From Octopus sinensis (taxonomy: Eukaryota), in assembly GCF_006345805.1 (NCBI RefSeq), contig NW_021832325.1, forward strand, positions 1 to 29,538: a stretch of 29,538 nt of DNA, read 5' to 3'. The notes below the pieces were generated by a model that was not told the DNA's origin, did no database searches, and was given only the letters and a program-made list of their open reading frames with translations. Positions 10,397-20,512 of this stretch are shown here, piece by piece. Made by a program: the position numbers and the translations under genes. Within the stretch, counting starts at the first letter, position 1. Each line of letters starts with the position of its first letter.

Positions 10397-11070
10397 GGCG
10401 CAGGAGTGGCTGTGTGGTAAGTAGCTTGTTTACCAATCACATGGTTCCGGGTTCAGTCCCACTGCGTGGCACCTTGGGCAAGTGTCTTCTACTATGGCCT
10501 CGGGCCGACCAAAGCCTTGTGAGTGGATTTGGTAGACGGAAACTGAAAAGAAGCCCGTCGTATATATGTATATATGTATATGCGTGTGTGTGTTTGTGTG
10601 TATTTGTTTGTCCCCCTAGCATTGCTTGACAACAGGTGCTGGTGTGTTTATGTCCCCGTTACATAGCGGTTCGGCAAAAGAGACCGATAGCATAAGTAAT
10701 GGGCTTACAAAACAATAAGCCCCAGGGTCGAGTTGCTCGATTAAAGGCGGTGCTCCAGCATGGCCGCAGTCAAATGACTGGAACAAGTAAAAGAGTAAAA
10801 GAGAAAAGAGAATAAGTAGAATAAATACTAGGTTTACAAAGAATAAGTCCTGGGGTCGAGTTGCTCGATTAAAGGCGGTGCTCCAGCATGGCCGCAGTCA
10901 AATGACTGAAACAAGTAAAAGAGTAAAAGAGAAAAGAGAATAAGTAGAATAAATACTAGGTTTACAAAGAATAAGTCCTGGGGTAGATTTGCTCGATGAA
11001 AGGCGGTGCTCCAGCATGGCCGCAGTCAAATGACTGAAGCAAGTAAAAGAGTAAAAGAGTAAAAGAGTAA
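10397..11070 (+). mobile_element. SINE family A, full length, with the 3'-terminal 118 bp present three times in tandem
   Basis: Tail motif T(T/G)AAAGGCGG at 10741, 10859 and 10977 (period 118). Confidence 0.92.
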
Positions 11071-12149
11071 ATATCTCAGCCTCGGCGCATCATAAGTAAT
11101 CCAAAAGCGACCAACTCATCGTGTTTTGGCAGGTTTCGGATAATGTACAAATAGGGTTCAATTATCAGACCTACATTTCAATTTCATAACACAGTAGACG
11201 CATGCATTGAGGGAGACATGGGCGTGATTTCTAACAGATCAAACAACTACGTCAGGTTTCGACGTTGTCTCAATCGTTATTGATTCTACTGTTTGGTCGT
11301 CTATCGCTGTCATCGATCACATCTATTATGTAATGGTTAATGAGGGAGAACATGTTGCTCAGGTTACAAGAGTGATATGTGTGTGTGTGTGTGTGTGAGT
11401 GTGTATGAGCATGTATCCATTCGTATACAGCCCCACACATATCAATATATATATAAACATTTGTATGTATGCATATATGTATGCATGTATGCACGTATAT
11501 AAACACACGTATATACAAATATACATATATGTGCAGACAGTATCATATAGTCTGAACATATTTGTGAACATGTTTATGATCACGTATATGAGGTAGTGAC
11601 AAACACAAGAACACATGCATATAGATACACACACGTAGATATACACACACATACTACATATATATTCCACCGTCTAGGCTTTAAAAAAAGCCCTTATTGT
11701 CGGTTTCCTTGTCCTGTTTTTATTCTTTATTTGTCCTGTTTTTTTTCTTCATTTGTATTGCTCTTACGTCCTGTTCTTGTCACTTTTTTTTTACCCCTCT
11801 GCAAAAGAAATTTATTTAATTCATTTTGCAGGAAGGACTGCTCTGGCCGGATCGTGTTCTGTCCTTACCTTCGAAACATGCATTGAGTCGAAACAGGGGC
11901 AGCTGAAGAAGGGGAATGTTCCTCGTGCTGGTTGTCTTGTTCTCTGTTTTTTCATTGTTAAAAAAAGTCTGTTACCTTGTTTGTTTTTATGTTTTCGTTT
12001 CTCATCGTGTTCTATGTTTTTTTTTTTTTTGTGGTGTCCTGTACCCATATATGCATGTATATATACATATAGATGTAGGTATGTACATATATGTATGTAT
12101 GCATATGTTTTATTTATTATATTGTTATTATATATATAATATATATATA

Positions 12150-12218
<69 letters not shown>

Positions 12219-12246
12219 TACACACATACACACACACACACAAATA

Positions 12247-12410
12247 TAGGTGCAGGTGAGGCTGTGTGGTAAGAAGCTTGCTTCCCAACCACATGGTTCC
12301 GAGCTCAGTCCCACTGCGTGGCACCTTGGGGCAAGTGCCGACCAAAGCCTTGTGAGTGGATCTGTTAGACGGAAACTGAAAGAAGACCGTCTATCGCATG
12401 TGTGTGTTTG
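12247..12410 (+). mobile_element. SINE family A, 5' half with internal deletion
   Basis: TAGGTGCAGG..GCTGTGTGGTAAG..CCACATGGTTCCGAGCTCAGTCCCACTGCGTGGCACCTTGGGGCAAGTG. Confidence 0.85.
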
Positions 12411-12446
12411 GGAAGTGGGGGTATGTGTAAAGTGCTCATAAAATAT

Positions 12447-13181
12447 TTACGTAATATTGTACAATTTGTTTACAAAATAAATATAAGATAAAAATGATTG
12501 TCTACTTTTATTATATTCATTATATTCATTATATTGCAGCGTGGAAGGTGTTTGTAAGCCATTTAAAAACACAAAAAAAAAACAGTTTGATTCACTTCAA
12601 CATTTAAATTTAATTTGTTAAAATATTTTCGTCGCTTTGAAACCGCGACCTATTCACTGAAAAAGTTCCGTGCTGCAGCAGGGAATTTTGTCAATGAACA
12701 GGAGTTTTGTAGGTGAACAGGAATGTTGTCAGTGAATAGGAATTTTGTCAGTGAACAGGAATTTTGTCAGTGAACAGGAATTTTGTCAGTGATCAGGAAT
12801 TTTGTCAGTGAACAGGAATTTTGTCAGTGAACAGGAATTTTGTCAGTGAACAGGAATTTTGTCAATGAACAGGAGTTTTGTCAGTGAACAGGAATTTTGT
12901 CAGTGAACAGGAGTTTTGTCAGTGAACAGGAATTTTGTCAGTGAACATGAATTTTGTCAGTGAACATGAATTTTGTCAATGAACAGGAATTTTGTCAGTG
13001 AACAGTTTGCGGTTTCAAAGCAACGAAAATATTTTGACAAATTAAATTCAATTGTTGAAGTGAATCTAACGGTTCTTGTGTGTTTTTAAATGGCTTCTAA
13101 ATACCTTCCATGCTGCAATTGTTTTTGCTTCAGCACACGATCTGAGAGCAGGTCACTTGCTATGCAAGTACATCTCCGTAA
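12447..13181. mobile_element. Non-autonomous TIR DNA element with long inverted arms and an internal 19-bp tandem array
   Basis: Arm 12533-12660 (TTGCAGCGTGGAAGGTGTTTGTAAGCCATTTAAAAACAC...GCTTTGAAACCGCG) is the reverse complement of ~12995-13120; apparent termini TTACG...CGTAA; outer limits less certain. Confidence 0.75.
12683..13005 (+). repeat. Tandem array, 17 x 19 bp (GTCAGTGAACAGGAATTTT)
   Basis: Counted directly; no spacers. Confidence 0.95.
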
Positions 13182-13229
13182 TTACATATATTTTTTCCGG
13201 TACAAATTAATATCCCTAAGAAATATTAC

Positions 13230-13292
13230 CGGTCCCTGGCACATTGGTAAAAAAAAAGGGGATACGCCACATCTTGAGAAGCTTGAGAAGCA
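13230..13292 (-). CDS. Internal exon, 63 nt, phase 2-2: (H)ASQASQDVAYPLFFYQCARD(R)
   Basis: Acceptor TAATATTGCAG, donor GTAATA; CG|G joins the 9646 exon in frame. Confidence 0.7.
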
Positions 13293-13340
13293 CTGCAATA
13301 TTAATTAATCAAATTAGAATATTAATCTCTGGGTCCTTAC

Positions 13341-13417
13341 TGTTTTGCTTTCCTTCTTTTCTTTATTTTCTCTTTGGTTCGAGACTTTCTGGCTCGTCTT
13401 CCTTTTCTTTCTTTCTG
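13341..13417 (-). CDS. Internal exon, 77 nt, phase 0-2: QKERKGRRARKSRTKEKIKKRRKAK(H)
   Basis: Acceptor TTTCTTACATTAG (tandem TAG|CAG), donor GTAAGG; only this frame is compatible with the downstream exon. Confidence 0.7.
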
Positions 13418-13565
13418 CTAATGTAAGAAATTATTTAAATATTGGAGATTTTTGTTTAGATAAACATACTGAGAATAGATATAAGAATGCGCTCTCTCTC
13501 TCTCCCTCTCTCTCTCAATCTCTCTCAATCTATCTATCTTATATCTATCTATTTATATATATATA

Positions 13566-13962
13566 CTAGCAGTATCGCCCGGCGTTGCTCGGGTTTGTAA
13601 GGGAAATAACTACATAAGCATTTTTAGAGAGTTATAGCCAAAAAATATCAAAAGAAAAATGCATTAAAAATGGAAAAAAATTATGGTAATTTTTTTTAAA
13701 TCGTTGACTCATCGTAGACATTTTTAGAGAGTTACTTCCCTTATATAATAGCTAAAAAATGCATTAAAATGGAAAAAATGATGGTAAATTATTTTTAAAA
13801 TCGTAGACTCATCGTAGACGCGCGCTAATACCCAGAAGGGCTTGAGATGAATCACGACTATAAGATACCCGGTTTTGGTTACACTGCACCGCAAAATGTG
13901 GGAGTAGTTAGGAATCTAAATCGTAGGAGACAGACACACAACTTGACTTTTATATATAAAGA
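13566..13962 (-). mobile_element. Non-autonomous Helitron
   Basis: 5' TC, 3' CTAG preceded by the hairpin CCCGAGCAACGCCGGG, inserted between A and T; 3' 32 nt identical to the 24876-25271 element. Confidence 0.88.
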
Positions 13963-14037
13963 TATATCTCGCTCGCTCTTTCTTTCTCTTTCACTCTTTA
14001 TCTCTATCCCTCTCTTCCTCTCTTTCTCTTTCACTCT

Positions 14038-14192
14038 CTTTCAGTTTCCGTCTACCAAATCCACTCACAAGGCTTTGGTCGGCCCGAGGCTATAGTAGAA
14101 GACACTTGTCCAAGGTGCCACGCAGTGGGACTGAACTCGGAACCATGTGGTTCGTAAGCAAGATACTTACCACACAGCCACTCCTACGCCTA
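14038..14192 (-). mobile_element. SINE family A, 5' half
   Basis: Reverse complement of TAGGCGTAGGAGTGGCTGTGTGG...CACCTTGGACAAGTG...GACGGAAACTGAAA. Confidence 0.88.
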
Positions 14193-14859
14193 TACTTCAC
14201 ACAACTTAGAGACAAGCATTAACCCCATTGACTTTTGTTTATTTGAAGAAATAATTACACTAAGATCGATTCAGTTTAATATATTTCCTTATCTTCTCCT
14301 CAACATAAATATCTGAATATATAAAACACCAAGTGAGACGTCAATTTTCATTGCTTATTGCGATACTCCTCTTTATGACACCAGACAGAGAAACTAGTGG
14401 ATATGCTGAGTGTGGTGAAAGAGGTAAAATGAAAGCATTAGGTTAAAATATAGGCGGGGGATTGAAAAATGAGAGAGAGAGGAGGGAAAGAGGCAACAGT
14501 CAACAACTTAAGTGACAAGAATTTGGTGAAATACAGAGGAGAAGGGATAAATGAGAGAGGAAGAACAAGCGCAAATGAGAGAGGAGAGGTGGAAAGACGA
14601 AAAATAGAGAACTACAATATAGAGGAGAAATTAGAGAGTTGACGTGATATATTAACAGCGATATAGAAAGTGAAGGTAAGGCAGAGAGATTGATAAAATC
14701 GAAGAGAAAGGGAGAGAGAGTGAGAGAAATTAGTGTATGATTTCCATGTGTGAATTGCTAAGATGTTCAAAAATGAAGGGGGAAAAGGGGGGGAAGAATT
14801 AATTGTAAGAAAACAAAAGACGGCAAGAGAGAGAGAGAGAAAGACAGACAGACTCACAC

Positions 14860-14883
14860 ACACACACACACACACACACACGG

Positions 14884-14962
<79 letters not shown>

Positions 14963-14967
14963 ATGAC

Positions 14968-15048
<81 letters not shown>
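14860..15048. repeat. (CA)n plus (GATA)n microsatellite
   Basis: Directly visible. Confidence 0.95.
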
Positions 15049-15049
<1 letters not shown>

Positions 15050-15052
15050 AAA

Positions 15053-15431
15053 GGTGGTGAGCTGGCAGAAACGTCAGCCGTTACGTTCTGAGTTCAAATT
15101 CCGCAGAGGGCGACTTCGCCTTTCATCCTTTCGGGGTCGATAAATTAAGTACCAGTTACGCACTGGGGTCGATGTAATCGACTTAATCCGTTTGTCTGTC
15201 CTTGTTTGTCCCCTCTGTGTTTAGCCCCTTGTGGGTAGTAAAGAAATTGGTATTTCGTCTGCTGTTACGTTCTGAGCTCAAATTCCACCGAGGTCGACTT
15301 TGCCTTTCATCCCTTCGGGGTCGATAAATTAAGCACAAGTTACGCACTGGGGTCGATGTACTCGAATTAATCCCTTTGTCTGTCCTTGTTTGTCCCCTCT
15401 ATGTTTCGTCTCTTGTGGGCAATAAAGAAAT

Positions 15432-15432
<1 letters not shown>
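15053..15432 (+). mobile_element. SINE family C, dimeric, inserted in (GATA)n
   Basis: Two tandem units each with GAG(T/C)TCAAATTCC (B box) and GCCTTTCATCC(T/C)TTCGGGGTCGATAAATTAAG, which resembles the Deu/Nin SINE domain; first head carries a deletion. Confidence 0.88.
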
Positions 15433-15468
<36 letters not shown>

Positions 15469-15499
15469 GATAGATAGATACATAGATAGATAGATAGAC

Positions 15500-15590
<91 letters not shown>
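15433..15590. repeat. (GATA)n microsatellite
   Basis: Directly visible. Confidence 0.95.
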
Positions 15591-15591
<1 letters not shown>

Positions 15592-15906
15592 GAGTGAGGG
15601 CATAAGGAAGAAGACATAAAGGTGTGTGAGTGTGAAGCAGTGAAAATAATAAAAGAGACTGAGCGGAGGTAAATAAAAATTAATAACTAAAAGAAGATAG
15701 AATAAAACACAAGAAAATGGATAATGACTAGAAGCAAAAGCACTTAGAATTACTGAAGGGAGACAAATAAAACCAATCAATTTGATGAGTAAAACACAAT
15801 ATTGATCTTTGGTTAAAAGGAAATCTATATTAAACACAAATGTCTCAATTGATACTTTGCTCTTAATAAGAAATACAATAGAACTGTTGCAGATAACGTT
15901 GAGGGG

Positions 15907-16361
15907 GGAAGCACTCCGTCGGTTACGACGACGAGGGTTCTGGTTGATCCGATCAACGGAACAGCCTGCTCGTGAAATTAACGTGTAAGTGGCTGAGCAC
16001 TCCACAGACACGCGTACCCTTAACGCAGTTCTCAGGGATATTCAGCGTGACACAGAGAGTGACAAGGCCGGCCCTTTGAAATACAGGTACAACAGAAACA
16101 GGAAGTAAGAGTGAGAGAAAGAGTACAGCAGGGATCACCACCATCCCCTGCCGGAGCCTCGTGGAGCTTTTATGTGTTTTCGCTCAATAAACACTCACAA
16201 TAATATAGGCATATCTATTTCTACACACACACACACACACGTATATACGTTTATTCAACGTTGTCTAGTGGAGGCGCAATGGCCCAGTGGTTAGGGCAGC
16301 GAAACCGCGATCCTACGACTGCGAGGCCGCTGCCCTAACCACTGGGCCATTGCGCTTCCAC
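15907..16361 (-). mobile_element. SINE family B, full length but rearranged by an inverted duplication
   Basis: 12-bp TSD AGATAACGTTGA at 15891-15902 and 16363-16374; body interrupted at 16200-16301 by an inverted copy of head plus flank. Confidence 0.9.
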
Positions 16362-16460
16362 TAGATAACGTTGAATAAACGTATATACGTGTGTGTGTGT
16401 GTGTGTGTAGAAATAGATATGCCTATATTATTATATCATATATACGTAATATATATATAT

Positions 16461-16584
16461 AAGAAATTAAAAAAGGAAAATACGCACACTTACATAGTTT
16501 TAATATAATTTTTAATATATCGACGGGTTTCGCTATCGCTATTCATGATATTATGTTTTACTTATTTGAATATATATTTTTTCT

Positions 16585-16586
<2 letters not shown>
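16461..16586 (-). mobile_element. Short (TA)n-embedded repeat carrying a minimal hammerhead-like motif (copy 1; copy 2 at 19598-19740)
   Basis: Two near-identical copies in the window; motif at 16517-16551. Confidence 0.7.
16517..16551 (-). ncRNA. Minimal type I hammerhead-ribozyme-like motif, A3-U8 core variant
   Basis: ATATC-ATGAATA-GC(GATA)GC-GAA-ACCCGT-C-GATAT: stem I, core, stem II, near-palindromic stem III, GUC site. Confidence 0.55.
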
Positions 16587-16615
<29 letters not shown>

Positions 16616-16616
16616 A

Positions 16617-16913
16617 GGGAGAGTTCACGAAAAAAACAGAAGACGAAGACAGGTGGTGTAGAAAACAAACAGATGTATTAGTATAACGCTCGGGAATTGA
16701 AAAAGTCTTTTACGTTTCGAGCCTACGCTCTTCTACAGAAAGAAACAGAAAGAAACAAGGAGAAAAACAAGGAGAGAAGCAAAATGTGTGTAGTGGCTAC
16801 CGATCTATCATGGCATATATATATATATATATACTCATGTAAAAATATATTGTATATATGCACCGAAGGCAATGAGCAAAAAAACGTAGACAACAGGGAG
16901 GGATAATTATGTG
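16617..16913 (-). mobile_element. ~300-bp Penelope-like (pseudo-LTR-type) repeat in microsatellite (copy 1; copy 2 at 23361-23691)
   Basis: Two homologous copies, each with a hammerhead-like motif typical of Penelope-like elements and each flanked by (ATGT)n/(TA)n. Confidence 0.65.
16706..16743 (-). ncRNA. Minimal type I hammerhead-ribozyme-like motif, A6U core variant
   Basis: TCTTT-CTGTAGA-A-GAGC(GTAG)GCTC-GAA-ACGT-A-AAAGA. Confidence 0.55.
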
Positions 16914-17586
16914 TATGTATGTATGTATGTATGTATGTATGTATGTATGTATGTATGATGTATGTATGTATGTATGATGTATGTATGTATGTATTTATGT
17001 ATGTATGTATGTATGTACGTATGTATGTATGTATGTATGTATGTATGAATGTATGTATGTATGTATGTGTGTGTGTATGTATGTATGTATGTATGTATGT
17101 ATGTATGTATGTATGTATTTATGTATGTATGTATGTATGTATGTATGTATGTATGTATGTATGTATGTATGTATGTATGAATGTATGTATGTGTGTATGC
17201 ATGTATGTATGTATGTATGTATGTATGTATGTATGTATGTATGAATGTATGTATGTATGTATGTATGTATGAATGTATGTATGTGTGTATGCATGTATGT
17301 ATGTATGTATGTATGTATGTATGCATGTATGTATGTATGTATGTATGTATGCATGTATGTATGTATGTATGTATGTATGTGTGTGTGTATGTATGTATGT
17401 ATGTATGTATGTATGTATGTATGTATGTATGTATGTATTTATGTATGTATGTATGTATGTATGTATGTATGTATGTATGTATGTATGAATGTATGTATGT
17501 GTGTATGCATGTATGTATGTATGTATGTATGTATGTATGTATGTATGTATGTTTGTGTATGTATGTGTGTGTGTATGTATGTATGT
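16914..17586. repeat. (ATGT)n satellite
   Basis: Directly visible. Confidence 0.97.
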
Positions 17587-17902
17587 ACAAAATACATTCC
17601 AGGAGTTTTTAAACTTTTTTTTAGAAGTATTCGGAACGCGAAGATCAATTTGAAAGTTCGCTGTGCAATAGAGTTTTGTGCTAAACTGAACAAAAACGCG
17701 ACAGGAACTTATGAAATGCTCCAGCCTGCTCATGGATTGACTAGTGTGGATTAACTTGTATGAACGGAACGTTTGCTTTTTGCTGGTACAAGAAGCCAGG
17801 CAAAACAAGTCCACCGGGAAGCTCGTGATTGTCTCATTTATCAACAGAAAGAGCATCATCTACATCCACTGGATTCCCTCTGGTAAGACGGTCAACGAAA
17901 AA

Positions 17903-18335
17903 GGTGGCGAGCTGGCAGGAACGTTAGCAGGCCGGGCGAAATGCTTAGCAGTATTTCGTCTGTCATTACGTTCTGAGTTCAAATTCCGCCGAGGTCGACT
18001 TTGCCTTTCATCCATTCGGGGTCGATTAAATAAGTACCAGTTATGCACTGGGGTCGATGTAATCGACTTAATCCGTTTGTCTGTCCTTGTTTGTTCTCTC
18101 TGTGTTTAGCCCCTTGTGGGCAGTAAAGAAATAAGAAACGTTAGCACGCCGGGTGAAATGCTTAGCAGTGTTTCGTCTGTCATTACGTTCTAAGTTCAAA
18201 TTCCGCCGAGGTCGACTTTGCCTTTCATCCTTTCGGGGTCGATAAACTAAGTACCAGTTGCGTACTGGAGTCGATCTAATTGACTGGCCCCCTCTCCAAA
18301 AATTTCGGGTCTTGTGCCTACAGTAGAAAAACAAG
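17903..18335 (+). mobile_element. SINE family C, dimeric, full length
   Basis: 16-bp TSD GACGGTCAACGAAAAA (17887-17902 and 18336-18351); two tRNA-like units. Confidence 0.92.
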
Positions 18336-18570
18336 GACGGTCAACGAAAAATACTTGGTGGAGGTTTTGAGCGACTTTGGGAAGAAATTTCCTCGCAAAA
18401 GCCTAGAGCTTCTGCACCAGAACAATTCACCTGTCCCCAATTCCATCCTGGTAACCAACTACTTGACAGAGATGGATTGACATCAAAATTGTCACTCACC
18501 CTCCCTACAGTCCCCAAGCTGAAAGAAAACCTCGGGGATAGCCGTTTTGAAGATACTAAAAAGATGATGA

Positions 18571-18959
18571 TGGAAGCACTCCGTCGGTTACGACGACGAG
18601 GGTTCCGGTTGAACCGAATCAACGGAACAGCCTGCTCGTGAAATTAACGTGTAAGTGGCTGAGCACTCCACAGACACGTGTACCCTTAACGTAGTTCTCG
18701 AGGATATTCAGCGTGACACAGAGAGTGGCAAGGCCGGCCCCTTGAAATACAGGTACAACAGAAACAGGAAGTAAGAGTGAGAGAAAGTTGTGGTGAAAGA
18801 GTACAGCAGGGATCACCACCATCCCCTGCCGGAGGAGCCTCGTGGAGCTTTTAGGTGTTTTCGCTCAATAAACACTCACAACGCCCGGTCTGGGAATCGA
18901 AACCGCGATCCTACGACCGCGAGTCCGCTGCCCTAACCACTGGGCCATTGTGCCTCCAC
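18571..18959 (-). mobile_element. SINE family B, full length
   Basis: 13-bp TSD ACTAAAAAGATGA (18555-18567 and 18960-18972); A and B boxes present. Confidence 0.93.
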
Positions 18960-19182
18960 ACTAAAAAGATGAAGGATGCTGTGACAAGAATCCTGGGCAC
19001 CTTCACTCTGGAGAACTCTTATGTAGCCTTCACGGAGGGGCTGGAGCGCTACAACAAGAATTTTGCATTTTGTGCATCTTTGAAATAAATAAATGTCTCT
19101 CCTGAAAAAGTCTGAAAACTTCTGGAATGCACCTTGTCTATGTGAGAATGCATATATAAATAACAAAAATGTCAAACCCAAC

Positions 19183-19263
19183 CAGTATAGGATCTTCTGT
19201 GGCATCTTTGATGTCTTCTGATAGAGGTTCCTGACAAGTTCCAGTGGGCGTTGATTCAAGGAC
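19183..19263 (-). CDS. Internal exon, 81 nt, phase 0-0: VLESTPTGTCQEPLSEDIKDATEDPIL
   Basis: Long T-rich acceptor ending TTAAAATAG; weaker donor GTTGGG; in frame with the 13417 exon. Confidence 0.6.
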
Positions 19264-19393
19264 CTATTTTAAGAAATCAGAATAAAAAAGAAAATTTGAT
19301 ATGGAGTTTGGCTGTAGAGACAACGTTCTTATTTATTGATTAGCTGTCTAGCTTATTAATTACTAAATACACTGGCTTATATCTATATATATA

Positions 19394-19465
19394 CTAGGGT
19401 CTATCTAATCGACTTGGTCCCTCCCCAAAAATTCCGGGCCTTGTGCCTAGAGTAGAAAAGATTAT
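19394..19465 (+). mobile_element. SINE family C 3' tail fragment
   Basis: GGTCTATCTAATCGACTTGGTCCCTCCCCAAAAATTCCGGGCCTTGTGCCTAGAGTAGAAAAG matches 18270-18330. Confidence 0.8.
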
Positions 19466-19478
19466 ATATGATATATAC

Positions 19479-19594
<116 letters not shown>

Positions 19595-19597
19595 TAT

Positions 19598-19739
19598 AAG
19601 AAATTAAAAAAGGAAAATACGCACATTTACATGGTTATAATATAATTTTTAATGTATCGACCGGTTTCGTAATCGCTATTCATGATATAATGTTTAATTT
19701 ATATGAATATATATTTTTATATGACTACATATTTTTTCT

Positions 19740-19740
<1 letters not shown>
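19598..19740 (-). mobile_element. Second copy of the short hammerhead-motif repeat (motif 19654-19688)
   Basis: ATATC-ATGAATA-GC(GATT)AC-GAA-ACCGGT-C-GATAC; homologous to 16461-16586. Confidence 0.7.
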
Positions 19741-19770
<30 letters not shown>

Positions 19771-19843
19771 GAAATGAAGAAAATGCTGACAAAATAATTT
19801 AAGTAAGGGAGAGTGTATTTAATTAGGTGAAAGTTCTTTTTAC

Positions 19844-19925
19844 CGGTTGCGCATTTGTTATGCTTATCAAAAGATATTTTTTTAAGAGAGATAGAGTTCC
19901 TTTCTGATAGATTTTTTTCTCTTAT
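19844..19925 (-). CDS. Candidate exon (82 nt as given; 81 nt and phase 0-0 if the T7 run at 19912-19918 is one base too long): IREKIYQKGTLSLLKKYLLISITNAQP
   Basis: Acceptor ATATGCAG, donor GTAAAA; needs a -1 correction or an alternative AAG acceptor to fit the neighbours. Confidence 0.35.
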
Positions 19926-20512
19926 CTGCATATATGATATGCATATAAAACTGAACTGCATCCCAAGGATTGGTCTTTCTCTTCACGACAAGAGATTTCA
20001 GCCCCTACAATTGCTAACACCCTAAAAAGCTCAAGTAAAGTTCACAATGGAGTATAATATTACTGCTACATCCAGCACGGTGCTTTCTATGCACAAGTTC
20101 ATCCTGGGTCACTGTTTAGCATCAAATTACTAGCGGACACGCTCTGTGAATAATTGCTTTCTATGGAGAATACTGTAAATCCAATGACATTATCTTTACA
20201 GTGTCTCAGACCCTGTATTTAAACACACTTATAAATACTTACTCATACATTCAGTCACGCAAACACCTTGGGGTTTGCTCATTAATTCCGTTAAACTTCG
20301 TTTATCTCTTATCTAAAATGTCCTGGCAATTCTTTGATCGATGTCTCTCCCCAATAAATTAACTGTATTAGCTTTATCCATTTATTCTTTTTCTCTCTTA
20401 AGCATTGGTTTCTGAGACGTCTAAGGCTCCTATTTATCTCCATCCAGTTAACCAATGAAAGAAAAGATAACAAACAGGATTTCTGAGACGTCTATAGCTC
20501 CTATTTATCTCC

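Larger units (their letters stand above)
17588..19136 (+). mobile_element. Decayed, internally deleted mariner (Tc1/mariner) transposon with two nested SINEs
   Basis: Imperfect ~33-bp TIRs (CAAAATACATTCCAGGAGTTTTTAAACTTTTT and reverse complement of AAAAAGTCTGAAAACTTCTGGAATGCACCTTG), left TA. Translation gives AIEFCAKLNKNATGTYEML, KSTGKLVIVSF..HWIPSGKTVNEKY, LHQNNSP, HPPYSP, PKLKENL..RFEDTKKMKDAVT..LERYNK, all mariner transposase motifs. Confidence 0.9.

Noticed and set aside
11869-11902. 34-nt exon candidate with good splice sites; also a CTGAAGA core nearby
   Set aside because: Not a multiple of 3 and breaks the phase 2-2 junction 13230/9646; the hammerhead lacks GAAA after stem II.
12683-13005. 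CRISPR-like regular repeats
   Set aside because: Head-to-tail 19-mers without spacers, eukaryotic context, no cas genes.
13105-13159. Constitutive exon SDLLSDRVLKQKQLQHG
   Set aside because: Donor lies in the transposon arm; the 13230 exon already joins 9646 in frame without it.
20243-20312. Exon candidate IRDKRSLTELMSKPQG...
   Set aside because: Phase mismatch with neighbours and homologous to the repeat copy at ~25500-25570.
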